64,000 nucleotides of DNA from an uncultured Planctomycetaceae bacterium (GTDB lineage: Bacteria; Planctomycetota; Planctomycetia; Planctomycetales; Planctomycetaceae). The DNA lies in contig CAWFAK010000017.1 in assembly GCA_963813715.1 (NCBI GenBank), positions 480,001-544,000 on the forward strand. Reading direction: 5' to 3'. The position numbers and the translations under genes are program-made. Shown here in pieces: positions 11,312-21,344 of the stretch (its first letter is position 1; every line of letters begins with the position of its first letter). The notes under the pieces were generated by a model. It did not search any database. It worked only from the letters and a program-made list of their open reading frames with translations, and had not been told where the DNA came from.

Positions 11312-13493
11312 ATGCGCGAACTGACGCCTCTCCACGAAATCCGCGTGCCCGATCCCAAGCCGGACGAGGTTTACACGGCGCGGGTCCTCGAACGCGAGGT
11401 GACGTTCGCCGGCCTCAAGCGGTTGTTGGGGGCGGCCGACTACAGCAAGGCCGGCGATCGGCAAGCGGGACTGGCGGCCGACGGCGAAGATGTGCGCGAG
11501 GCGGCTCGAACGGCCCTCTCGGAACAGACGCTCGAGCATCTCTACGAGCATCCGCTGACCGACGATCGCGGGTGCGTCGACAGCGTGATGCGGGTCAATT
11601 ACGACGTCGATCTCGAGGCCTTCGCAGCGATCGCCTCGCTCACGTTGGGCGAGTTGAAGGATCGCCTGCTCGCCGGGTCGGACGACGAAGTCCGGCAGAT
11701 TGGCCACGGGCTGACCGGCGTGATGGCTGCGGCCGTCGCCAAGCTGTGCGACGTGCACGAGCTGATTCTGGTCGCGAAAAAGTGCAGTCGGCCGACGCAG
11801 GCCCGCACTCTGCTGGGAGCGCCGGGCACGCTGTCGTCTCGCCTGCAGCCCAATCATCCGACCGACGATCCGCAGGGAATCGCCTGCTTGTGTTACTGGG
11901 GGCTGTCGCTGGCGGCCGGCGACGCGCTCTTGGGCGTGAATCCGGCAATCGACACAGTCGAAAACGTCGAGCGGCTGTTGCGGCTGCTCGACGGCGTGCG
12001 GCGGCGTACGGGAGTGCCGTCGCAAATCTGCGTGCTCGCGCACATCAAAACGCAGCTGGCGTGCCTCGAGCGGGGCGCTCCGGTCGAAGTCCTGTTTCAA
12101 AGCCTGGCGGGAACCGAAGCGACCAACCTGGCCGAGTTCGACATCTCCGTCGAGCTGCTCGATCGCGGCTACCGCACGATGGCCGAACGCGGCGCCCTCG
12201 CAGGCGACTGCCCGGCAATTCATGTACTTCGAGACGGGGCAAGGCAGCGAGTTCACCTACGGCCGGCATCACGGCATCGACATGACGACCACCGAGGCCC
12301 TCTGCTACGGCCTCGCGCGGCGGTACGACCCGTTCATGGTGAACAACGTCACCGGCTTCATCGGGCCGGAGACCCATCTCGACAGCTTCGAGATGATCCT
12401 CGCCAACCTGCAGGACCATTTCATGGGCAAGCTCATGGGGCTGCCGATGGGGATGGCCCCCTGCTACACGCTGCACTCGCAGACGATCCTGGAAGGTCAG
12501 CAAATCGCCACGCAACTGCTGACGGCCGCTGGCGCGAATTACTTCATGGATGTCTGCCTCAACACCGATCGCATGCTGGCCTATTTCGACACGAGCGGGC
12601 ACGACGTGCAGACGCTTCGCGAGATCTACGGTCGCACGCCCGCCCCCGAGTTCACCGACTGGGCCGTCAGCCGCGGCATTCTCAAGCGCGGCGCCGACGG
12701 CTCGATCGAACGGGGTCCAAACTGGGGCAATCCCGAGCAGTTTTGCGACTCGCCGGAGGAATTCGCCGAGCTGGCCCGTCGGACGCCCGCGCTCTACGGC
12801 CGGGAAACGGCCGGCCCGCGACCGGCGAACAGCGTCATGCGCCGCGTAAAGCTCAATCAAGGGGCGGCTCGCGCCGCCATTCATGCGGAGCTGCGAATCG
12901 ACGAGCTGCGGAAAATTGCCGACTTCCGCCTGCTGGAGACGACGGCGGCTGACAAGGAGGCCCATCTCAACTCGCCCGAGGCCGGCGCCCGCCTGTCGAC
13001 CGAGAGCCGCGCGCGGCTCGTGCCCGAACACAAGCAGGTGCAAATCGTCGTCTCGGACGGCTTGAGTGCGGACGCCGTCCATCACAACCTGCCCGACTTG
13101 TTGCCGATTCTTGTCGACGGACTGACGAGCCGCGGCGTGTCGCAGGGGCAGCCGATCGCCGTCCGCTACGGTCGCGTGAAGCTGGCCGAACCGATTGCCG
13201 ACGCGCTCGAGTGCGATCTGGTGGTCTATCTGCTGGGCGAGCGCCCAGGGGGCGATGCGCTGGCCTCCCGTAGTCTGTCGGCCTATCTGGTCTATCGCCT
13301 AAGCGGACCGGCCCAGCTCGAAGCCGCGCGCTTCAGCGGCAACGCACAGGTGCGGTGGGAACAAACGGTGATCTCGAATATCTATTCCGGCGGTTTGCCT
13401 CCCGTCGAGGCGGGGGCCGTCATCTTGGAGACAGTGCTGCAAATCCTCGATCATCAGGCGGCCGGCAACCGACTGGCCTCCCTGCTCCACTGA
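11312..13493 (+). CDS. eutBC: Fused ethanolamine ammonia-lyase-like large+small subunit EutB-EutC (one frameshift near 12205)
   Basis: EutB motifs RLQPNHPTDD, LGVNP, CVLAHIKTQ, FQSLAGTE, YFETGQGS, GFIGPE. These continue without a stop into EutC motifs QIVVSDGLS, GRVK, LLGERPG, SLSAY, ISNIYSGG. Confidence 0.88.
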
Positions 13494-13521
13494 CGAGAAC
13501 CCCTGCTCCACCGACGAGAAA
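13480..13521 (+). repeat. Imperfect 21-bp tandem duplication over the eutBC stop codon
   Basis: CCCTGCTCCACTGACGAGAAC followed directly by CCCTGCTCCACCGACGAGAAA (19/21 identical). Confidence 0.8.
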
Positions 13522-13597
13522 CAGCAACGCTCTTGCGTTCGCGTCGGCCGGGCCAGAGAATTCGGCGGTAGTCCGAATCGCGCCGCGGAGAGTGCCG

Positions 13598-14811
13598 ATG
13601 GACGTCTTTTGCCCCAGCTGTTTGCACAGTGTGACGCTCGAAGGCCGTGAACCCGGCCAGTACGCCTTCGAATGTCCCGAGTGCGCTGCCGAGACACACG
13701 TCACCATTCCGGAGGACCCGGGGGCGCGTCCGATTGTCCGACCCGCGCGGGCGCGATCGGCCGGCAGCGACTCCGGGATCGAACGGCCTGGTAAGGCTCA
13801 GGCTCGCGGGTCTCGACGTGCTTCCGATCGCGACTCCATCGACTTTCCCTTCCAGGAGAGCGATCAAAACCTCATCGAGCACGACGAGCAGCCAGCCGGC
13901 GATGAGTGGCAGGAAACGGGGGACGAAATCCCGCAGCCGCTGCGCGGGGCGGTCAGAAAAGCGAAGACGGCCACGGCTTCGCAGCGTCAGCAACGGCCCG
14001 CCGGCACTCCACGGTCAGTTTACAAGTGGCTGGGTGCCGGCGCGGCGGTCTGGCTGGTGCTGGTGGTCGCGGGGTTTTTCATCCGCGAGTTGGCCTGGGT
14101 GCCAATCGTGCTGGGCGGCCTGATCATTTTCGCGGCGCGCGGCATGGTGATGCGCGTCGCCCGCACTGAGGGCGTTGCAGTTTGGCTCGCCTGCCTGCTG
14201 GTGCCGTTCTACAGCCTGATGTTCATCTTCACGCATTTTCGCGTCCTGTCGCGAGCGGTGGTGATCGGGTTTTGCGGCTGGGGATTTCTGCTCAGCGGCG
14301 TCGCGCTGATCGTGATTCACGACGTGATCGACGCGCAGGCCAATGCGCTGCCGGGCGCCGTCGATCCACTCTTTGGCGGCAATCCGAACGGCGCGGACGA
14401 CGGCCTCGTACTGTCGATCGACAATAATGAGACCCCGATCGCCCTCGACGAGCTGACCTATTTTCCCGCCTCTGTGGAAGAAGGCAGCGGCGGCGAATGC
14501 TTCGAGTTCGTAGGGACCGATGTCAGCCTTCGCGGCAAGTTTCCCCCCGCTTCCGCGACCGTTGGGTAGACCTACTCGGTAAATCCGTGCCCCTCCTGCC
14601 TCAGACCAATCACCCGGACCGAGGCGCATCGCACATCAAGATCCCGGGCCGGGGAATGGTCAAAGTCGTGGGCGGCTCATTCAGCGTCGAGGGCATCGTC
14701 AGGCAGCCGGTCCGTCAACTGGGCGGTTCGATCGTACTCAAGATCGACGGGCCGAACGGGATCGAGACCATTGACGGGACTTTTTTGGTCCGCGTCAAAC
14801 CGAGCGAGTAA
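13598..14811 (+). CDS. Hypothetical membrane protein with N-terminal zinc ribbon (frameshift in the C-run near 14545)
   Basis: MDVFCPSC...FECPEC, acidic linker, 4 TM segments; the beta-rich C-terminus continues in ORF 14497..14811. Confidence 0.6.
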
Positions 14812-14860
14812 CTGCGCCGTCAAAGGACGACTGACGGGGACGTCAGCGCGTACAACCGGT

Positions 14861-15280
14861 CTACGTCGTCAATTTCTGCAAGCCGCGGTCGGGCAGGATG
14901 AAAATCCGTCTCCCGAGTTCGGAGACGAGCGTTTGATCGAGATAATACGTCTGTAGAACGTGTTCTCTCCGGCAAAGCAGGTCCGCATTGGCGGCTGCAA
15001 ACTCGTCCCAACTGGGCGGCCGTCCGGTGTCCTGAAGCCAGCGTTCCATGCGTTCCCGAATCAGGAACACGAATGCCCAGGTGACGGTTTCGTGATACAG
15101 ATGTGGCTTGCCGCCTGCCGCGGTCAATCGCTGAAGCGCTCGCGAAAAGCGGCGCAATGCCGCGAGCGCTGGAAACCGACACAGGTACAAGAACGCGACC
15201 CGAACGTGATCCGCGTGACGGAATGTTTCGTGGGTCAGTCCGCCATTCTCAAAGGCTGCGATCAGCCGATCGTCCGTCAC
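14861..15280 (-). CDS. Conserved hypothetical protein (FxHxxH...YHET type)
   Basis: AFENG...FRHADHVRVAFLYL...YHETVTWAF...YY...FILPD; overlaps the upstream gene by 4 nt. Confidence 0.7.
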   Translation of the reverse strand: MTDDRLIAAFENGGLTHETFRHADHVRVAFLYLCRFPALAALRRFSRALQRLTAAGGKPHLYHETVTWAFVFLIRERMERWLQDTGRPPSWDEFAAANADLLCRREHVLQTYYLDQTLVSELGRRIFILPDRGLQKLTT

Positions 15281-15639
15281 AGAGGATTCCCGGCTACTTG
15301 GGAACGCGTCGCCAGGCAGGCCACCACCGCCGCCGCGTAAACCAGGAGGCCAAGCTCAAACTCGCCGTGGAGTCCATGGATTGCGCAGGCGACGGCAAAA
15401 ATGACAAGCAAAGAGTAGCCGCCGATCCGGTCGAGCCTGGGGATCAGAAACAGCGCGGCGGCCAGTAGCTCAATGCCGCCCAGCGCCGGCACAATCCAGG
15501 GCGGCAGCCCCATGTGTTGCAGATTGCGGAGGGCCGCCGCCGAAACGAGGAATCGAAAGGATTGCCACAATACCACCAGTCCGACCGTCCAGCGCAGGGC
15601 CAAGAGAGCTGCTCGCTGCCGGGTCATGTTCATCGTCAC
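15277..15639 (-). CDS. DoxX-like small membrane protein
   Basis: LRWTVGLV...MGLPPW...GGIELLAAALFLIPR; 4 TM; coupled to both neighbours. Confidence 0.7.
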   Translation of the reverse strand: MTMNMTRQRAALLALRWTVGLVVLWQSFRFLVSAAALRNLQHMGLPPWIVPALGGIELLAAALFLIPRLDRIGGYSLLVIFAVACAIHGLHGEFELGLLVYAAAVVACLATRSQVAGNPL

Positions 15640-15920
15640 TTCCTTTTCTGGTGGCTGGGTGTTTCGTTGGCCTCGATGAGTCGATGGCTGGCGCGTGAGT
15701 CCAGGGTGAGGCCGTAGAACTTCTTCAAGTCGCGAATCCGCGCAAGAGATTCCGCCTCAAACGCGCATTTGCCGTCGAAGGCGTGCAGGACGATGCCCTC
15801 GAGCAAATCGCCGAGGGACAGATCGTGATACTCCGCCAGACCTTTGAGGACTTTGAGCAGCCGCTTCTCGAGCCGGACACCGGTTTGGACCCGCTCGACG
15901 ACGTGAGATGCTTGGCTCAT
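15636..15920 (-). CDS. Small putative ribbon-helix-helix DNA-binding protein
   Basis: MSQASHVVERVQTGVRLEKRLLKVLKGLAEYHDLSLGDLLEGIVLHAF: alternating beta strand followed by two helices; start ATG at 15920. Confidence 0.65.
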   Translation of the reverse strand: MSQASHVVERVQTGVRLEKRLLKVLKGLAEYHDLSLGDLLEGIVLHAFDGKCAFEAESLARIRDLKKFYGLTLDSRASHRLIEANETPSHQKRK

Positions 15921-15944
15921 TGGTACCAATGTACCGTGGTACCA
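15921..15944. promoter_or_regulatory. Putative operator: three tandem 8-bp boxes
   Basis: TGGTACCA-ATGTACCG-TGGTACCA, with GTAC cores at an exact 8-bp period, abutting the start codon of the RHH-like gene. Confidence 0.55.
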
Positions 15945-16002
15945 TATTCTTTTCAAGCGTAGAATGGCAGACAACGAAATTTGTCGAGGCCGGCCGACTG
16001 CT

Positions 16003-16419
16003 TTAGGTACCGGCTCGCATCAATTGGCGAATCGGCTCGTTGTCGGCATACACCCGCCACTCGGCGACCTGGTTTTCGCGAATGACGGCGCGGATTGCCG
16101 TCGGCGTCGTCCAGCGATTCTCCGGGTTGAGCGAGCCGTCCGGGCTGTACGTGCCGCTGGCCGTTCCCAACATCACGACGAAGGAGCCCTCGCAAAACCA
16201 GTCGTCCATCACGAGCCGATAATCGGGAACCATGCCGAAATACCCGACCCAGCCTTGGCGCATGGCTTCGCGGCCCGCGACGACGTTGCCGAGCGAATCG
16301 ACGAACCGATGGTCCTCCGTCATGAGGGCAGCCAGGCCGGCGACGTCGCCCGCGTTGATCCGCTCGACGAAGGTCTTCGCGACTTTCCGTGCGGCCAGAT
16401 CATTCGCATCCCGATTCAT
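16003..16419 (-). CDS. SnoaL/NTF2-like protein
   Basis: FVERINAGDVAGLAALMTEDHRFVDSLG...GREAM...PDY...EWRVYADN. Confidence 0.85.
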   Translation of the reverse strand: MNRDANDLAARKVAKTFVERINAGDVAGLAALMTEDHRFVDSLGNVVAGREAMRQGWVGYFGMVPDYRLVMDDWFCEGSFVVMLGTASGTYSPDGSLNPENRWTTPTAIRAVIRENQVAEWRVYADNEPIRQLMRAGT

Positions 16420-16432
16420 AACACGGTCCGAT

Positions 16433-17422
16433 TCATATCTTTGACTCGATTCCGCCGATCGCTCCGTGCGGCAGGACCGCGTGCACGCCGCACAGGCCGT
16501 TGACCACTTGGGTAATCCGCAAGTCGACAACCAAGCTCGCCAAGGCCAGCGCCGATTTCCTAGGCAGACCGTACAACTCGCCCATCAGCTTGAGCATCTC
16601 GTCGGTCGCCTGCGCCCAGGCTTCGTTGACGTCCTTGTGGAATCCGAAGGTTAGCCAGCCGATCGGCGTCCGCGCCCGCGGCATGGTCAGATGCACGTTG
16701 GCGTGCAGATGGATCTCGACTTCGACGCGCTCCATCGGGCAGGCGAGCGCCGGGCCGGCGACTTCGCCATCCCCCTGCACCGCATGTCCGTCGCCCAACG
16801 AGAGCAGTCCGCCGTCGACGGCCACCGGCAAAAACAGGCTGGTCCCCTCGACCAGCTCTTTGCAGTCCATGTTGCCGCCACAGAATCGCGGCGGAAACGT
16901 TGTCTGTACTCCGGGCTCGTCGACCGGCATGCCGACCACTCCCAGGAACGGCCGCGTTGTCAGCGAGAGCCCCGCTTGCGTGCGGGCGACATTTGCGTCG
17001 GGGTCGAGCGTCCAAAGCGTCACCAGCTCGCCGGTTGGGACCGTGATGACGGGCGGAGGCCCACTTGATCCCGGCCCCAAGCCGAGCCGCGGATCGATCT
17101 GGCTCGGCAGCGCCGGCCCAGCGGACCAACCCCATTTGCCTAGACGAATTGTGCGAAAGCGAATTTCCAGCGTCATGCCGGGCCGCGCACCGCGGACGGC
17201 GATGGGTCCCGTGAGCGCGTGTCCGAAATCGCCGACGCGATCACGAGGTTCAAACGCCCCCGGTGGCGCGAACGGCCCCGCTTGGTCCAACGCACCCCAC
17301 CCGGCATCGAGCGTCTGACACTCGACTGTGTCGCCGGAGTCAATCGTCACGACGGGCGCGGCATCGCGCGAAAAGTAGCCGCGGAGGGTTTGTGGACCGA
17401 GTTCAATCGAGTGGAGGGCCAT
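16433..17422 (-). CDS. Acetamidase/formamidase family protein
   Basis: GHALTGPIAVRGA, GGNMDCKEL, LSLGDGHAVQGDGEV, VDLRITQVVN. Confidence 0.9.
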   Translation of the reverse strand: MALHSIELGPQTLRGYFSRDAAPVVTIDSGDTVECQTLDAGWGALDQAGPFAPPGAFEPRDRVGDFGHALTGPIAVRGARPGMTLEIRFRTIRLGKWGWSAGPALPSQIDPRLGLGPGSSGPPPVITVPTGELVTLWTLDPDANVARTQAGLSLTTRPFLGVVGMPVDEPGVQTTFPPRFCGGNMDCKELVEGTSLFLPVAVDGGLLSLGDGHAVQGDGEVAGPALACPMERVEVEIHLHANVHLTMPRARTPIGWLTFGFHKDVNEAWAQATDEMLKLMGELYGLPRKSALALASLVVDLRITQVVNGLCGVHAVLPHGAIGGIESKI

Positions 17423-17436
17423 CGGCCACGTTCCCT

Positions 17437-17721
17437 TCAGCCCTTGCGGTAGTGATAGACGGGCCGCGCCGAGCGTTCGTGCGCACCCAGGTCGAGGACG
17501 ATCGCGATGATCACCAGCACCAACCAGCCGTTGCTCAGCTGGTGGTTGTTGTTAACCATGGCCGCCATGTAGGCCAGCGTCGTATAGGGCATGAAGAAGA
17601 AGCCCAGCAGTGGCCAGAGCACCGTCTGGTAAGCCTGTTGAAACCAATTGGTCAGCAGGAAGATGAAAAACATCACCACTCGCGGCATGAGGACCGCTAA
17701 GCACGGCAGCAGGCAGCCCAT
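17437..17721 (-). CDS. Small conserved membrane protein
   Basis: MGCLL...PR...WPLLGFFFMPYTTLAY; 3 hydrophobic segments. Confidence 0.7.
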   Translation of the reverse strand: MGCLLPCLAVLMPRVVMFFIFLLTNWFQQAYQTVLWPLLGFFFMPYTTLAYMAAMVNNNHQLSNGWLVLVIIAIVLDLGAHERSARPVYHYRKG

Positions 17722-17835
17722 GGGTTACGCGTCTCTCAAGGTGTGTTTCGATCGTGGCGGACGACTCCGTCGCGACATGGACGGCGCTTCACCGGGCCGC
17801 CACACATCGAAGTTAACGTCGTGGAACGTCGTCGG

Positions 17836-20379
17836 CTAACTGCGGACCAGAATTGGGGCGCGCGGCTCCATTGTGCCAGAGGCGGTCGCCTCTCGCGTCG
17901 GTCGATCCATAGCAGGATCGCTCGTCGTCCATTTGCCAGTCTCAACGCGGCCTGCGTAGCGTTTGAGGAATGATCCGCTCGTTCCGGCCACTCGACAACC
18001 CAGATCGTACCAGCCGGACGACTTGTGCGTCGCGATCGTCAGGCGTTCCGTCTGTCCCGGCTTCAGTAGGCGTGACTCCGGCCGGTTCCCGTACGCCAGG
18101 TCGCCGATCTCGATCGTCCAGCTGCGGGCTGGGTCGCGATTGGTGGCGATGATCACGACATCGCCGTTTTCGCTTTGGCCCCGCGCGCCATCGAAATGAA
18201 AATCGATATGCGAATCGTCGGCGCCGCCCGTAAATTCCCGAAAGAACCCGTTGGGGCCGTACACGCGCAGGTGGATGCGGCCGTTTGCGAATTCCGTCAG
18301 CGCCCAGGAATCCTCCAGCGTCTCGCCGGCTTCCACGGCATAGTTTCGTACCGTCACCGGCGACTTGCTGCCGAGGGCGTAGACGGTAAACGGAGCGCCG
18401 GCGGCCCGGGTCCCGAAGCGGTCTTTGCGAGCTTCAAAGCGGATCGTGAACTCAGTCCGCGGGCCGTTCAGCGAGCCATCCGCTATGAGTTCGTAAGGCA
18501 ACGGGCAGGACGTACGCGTGCCCGCTTCCTGTCGTGGTAGCCAGGGCGAGTGGGACGGAGTGTGACGAATCGCTTCGATTTCGTCGGGCTGCAGCGCGTG
18601 GAAGTTTGACGGGACGTCCTTGAACTGGGCCTCGTGGATTGATTCCAAAAATGTGTCGCGGGGCGGGAACGGGACCGTCGCGTCGGTCGTCTTCGCTGCC
18701 GGCTGAAAGGCCGACGTCAAATCGCCGCAGACCGCGCGGCGCCATTGGCTGATATTCGGTTCGGCAACCGTGCGGTGAAACTTGCGACTGAGAAAGTGCT
18801 CCAGGAACTGCAGCACCGACGTGTGATCAAACACCTGCGAGCAGACGCAGCCCCCGCGGCTCCACGGCGAGGCGATGACCATCGGCACGCGATAACCGAG
18901 GCCGATCGGACCGCCGCGAGCGTTCCCGGGACGCGTGCGCTTGCGATCCTGATCCAGCTCGACATATTCGACGCTCGTGTCGATGCCGCCCGTGGCCCGA
19001 CCAGTTTCCGCATGGCCAGGCCGCGGCGCCACGAACGGCGGCACGTGATCGAAGTAGCCATCGTTCTCGTCGTACGTCAGCAGAAAGATTGTTTTCTTCC
19101 AGACGGCTGGATTCCGTGTGAGGATGTCGAGCGCCTCGGCGATGTACCAGGCCCCGTACCAGGCCGACGACGGGTGGTCCGAAAACGCTTCCGGGCCGAC
19201 AAGCCACGAAACCGTGGGCAGCCGGCCGTTCTCGACGTCGGCGCGGAACTGATGGAACAAGTCGCCCTTCGGCGCCCGCAGCCGCCGCTCGACGTTGCCG
19301 TCGCGGTAGACGACATCGGCGAGCTGCCGGTAGTGCGGATCGCCCGTGTTGGTGCAGAAGGCTCGCTCGTGCAGGATCCGCTCCCGCTCGGTGAGCGTGT
19401 CGAGGCTCTTTCCGCGGAACGCCTCGCGTTCGGTCTCCAGCCGCTTCATCTCGGACTGCAGCCCGGCCTGCTGTTTTGCCTTGGCCTTCGCGATGAGGGC
19501 GGGGAGCGCCTGAATCCGCCGCTCGACGAAGGCCCGGTGATTGCTCGCGAGCTGTACGTGGTACTGCCGAAAGCATTCGAGCGGGTTGTCGCCGTAGTTC
19601 GCGAGCCAGGCGTCTTCCTCTTCGCTGAAGCCCGTACCGATGTCCACCTCGTTCTGATAAATCTTCCACGAAACGCCGTGGTCTTCGAGCCGCTCGGGAA
19701 ACGCGGGCCAGGATCCGCTGCGATGGGTTTCGAGATCTTCGTTGCGTAGGTTGGCGGGCGACGCTGCGTTTTGCCTTTCGCGAACGGTCCCCGTCCAGAG
19801 GTAGCAGCGGTTGGGAGTCGTCGGGCTGAGGGCCGAGCAGAAATACTGATCGCAGATCGTGAAGGCGTCGGCGAGCGCGTAATAAAACGGCACGTCGGCC
19901 CGCGTGTAATAGCCCAAAGTCAGCGGCATGTCCTGGAACTCGCGGTTGCCCGAACGCTTGGCGGGCAGCCACCGGTCATAAAGCCCGTGATTGCGGGCGT
20001 CGGTCTGATCGGCCCTGTCGTGCGGCAGCGAACCCATCCAGGTTGCCTTGGTTCCCTTGATGTCGAGCCGAAACGGGACGAACCGCTGCCCCTTGGCGTT
20101 GGCCTGCACCCAGACCGGGTTCCCGTCGGGGAGCGTGATGGCGCGCGGATCGTTGAATCCGCGCACTCCGCGGAGCGTGCCGAAGACGTGGTCGAAGGAG
20201 CGATTTTCCTGCATCAGCACAACGATGTGCTCGGCGTCGAGGTAGCTGCTGCCGTCGGCCGGTTCGATCGCGGCAGCCCGCCCCAGCGACTTGAGGCACG
20301 CGGTCTGGAGCCCTCCCATCGTTCCGGCGGCGCCGGCCAGTCGGGCCGCAAAGCCGAGGAATTCGCGTCTGTTCTGCAT
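17836..20379 (-). CDS. plc: Tat-exported phosphocholine-specific phospholipase C (PlcN/PlcH phosphoesterase family)
   Basis: NRREFL twin-arginine signal, HIVVLMQENRSFDHVFGTLRGVRGF, LADAFTICDQYF, YDENDGYFDHV, GLGYRVP, FDHTSVL. Confidence 0.93.
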   Translation of the reverse strand: MQNRREFLGFAARLAGAAGTMGGLQTACLKSLGRAAAIEPADGSSYLDAEHIVVLMQENRSFDHVFGTLRGVRGFNDPRAITLPDGNPVWVQANAKGQRFVPFRLDIKGTKATWMGSLPHDRADQTDARNHGLYDRWLPAKRSGNREFQDMPLTLGYYTRADVPFYYALADAFTICDQYFCSALSPTTPNRCYLWTGTVRERQNAASPANLRNEDLETHRSGSWPAFPERLEDHGVSWKIYQNEVDIGTGFSEEEDAWLANYGDNPLECFRQYHVQLASNHRAFVERRIQALPALIAKAKAKQQAGLQSEMKRLETEREAFRGKSLDTLTERERILHERAFCTNTGDPHYRQLADVVYRDGNVERRLRAPKGDLFHQFRADVENGRLPTVSWLVGPEAFSDHPSSAWYGAWYIAEALDILTRNPAVWKKTIFLLTYDENDGYFDHVPPFVAPRPGHAETGRATGGIDTSVEYVELDQDRKRTRPGNARGGPIGLGYRVPMVIASPWSRGGCVCSQVFDHTSVLQFLEHFLSRKFHRTVAEPNISQWRRAVCGDLTSAFQPAAKTTDATVPFPPRDTFLESIHEAQFKDVPSNFHALQPDEIEAIRHTPSHSPWLPRQEAGTRTSCPLPYELIADGSLNGPRTEFTIRFEARKDRFGTRAAGAPFTVYALGSKSPVTVRNYAVEAGETLEDSWALTEFANGRIHLRVYGPNGFFREFTGGADDSHIDFHFDGARGQSENGDVVIIATNRDPARSWTIEIGDLAYGNRPESRLLKPGQTERLTIATHKSSGWYDLGCRVAGTSGSFLKRYAGRVETGKWTTSDPAMDRPTREATASGTMEPRAPILVRS

Positions 20380-20652
20380 TGCTGGTTGCTCACTTCCAGG
20401 AGGACGGCTCAAGACCTAATCGCACGGTTGGGCGACGGCGATCGTGCCGGGACCCATCCGCGCGGTTTCGACGCCGTGCACATTATTCGCGCGGGACATG
20501 CGGCAAACCGCGACGCCCGCTGCGCCGATTTCGCACCACGATTCATTCAGCAAGAGGATAAGCACCGTGGCCCGGCAACCGGAACCGTTGACGGAAAATC
20601 CTCCGGATGTTCACCAATTCTTCTCAGTGGTGAGCGGCGCCCGATGCGGCGG

Positions 20653-21201
20653 TCAGCCCTCCTTCCATCCAGAGCGAAACCAGGGGACGTCGGCCTGGAA
20701 ATCCAACCGCAGCCGCATGATCAACTGGGCCGCATGATGCTGGACATGGCGGATGTTGTAAACGTGTAGCTCGGCCCGCGAAAAGTCCTTCCGCGGGAAT
20801 TTTGTCTTGGCCATCAGCGATTCGGCCGTCTCGGCCCCGACGACGTCGTGGCACCGCCGGCGGCAGTACTGCAGATACGTCTTGATCCACGGCTTCTCAT
20901 AAAGAAGCACGGGCGGACGCGGTTCGAGCTCCTCGTAATCGCGAAAGACGTGGGCGTTTTCACGATGAAACGGCTCCTTGCGAAAATCCTCGTCCGTCAG
21001 GCCGAGATAGTAGTCGGCGTAAAACAGCGTGTGAAAGACGGCCTGGCAGAACTTGTAATTCACCACCGGCCCATTCCAGCCGGCTTCCGGACAGATGTCG
21101 ATACACGCGTTGAGCGTGCTGGCGGCCGCTTCGAACTGATTCGTGATCAACTGTTTCACCGTCTCGAGCTTCATCGTCTCGGGCTTCACTGAGTCGAGCA
21201 T
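20653..21201 (-). CDS. DinB family protein
   Basis: FCQAVFHTLFYADYYL and YNIRHVQHHAAQL metal-binding histidines. Confidence 0.85.
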   Translation of the reverse strand: MLDSVKPETMKLETVKQLITNQFEAAASTLNACIDICPEAGWNGPVVNYKFCQAVFHTLFYADYYLGLTDEDFRKEPFHRENAHVFRDYEELEPRPPVLLYEKPWIKTYLQYCRRRCHDVVGAETAESLMAKTKFPRKDFSRAELHVYNIRHVQHHAAQLIMRLRLDFQADVPWFRSGWKEG

Positions 21202-21344
21202 CTTTAGGCCTTTCGCGAGAGAAAACGGTCTGGCGACATTATGGCAAACTTCGGAAGCGACACACCCGATCGTCAAGGGTTCGCCAGACCCGGGAGCGCA
21301 ATCAAGACGCCTGCGCCGCGGCGAAGAACGCGCATCATCGGTCA

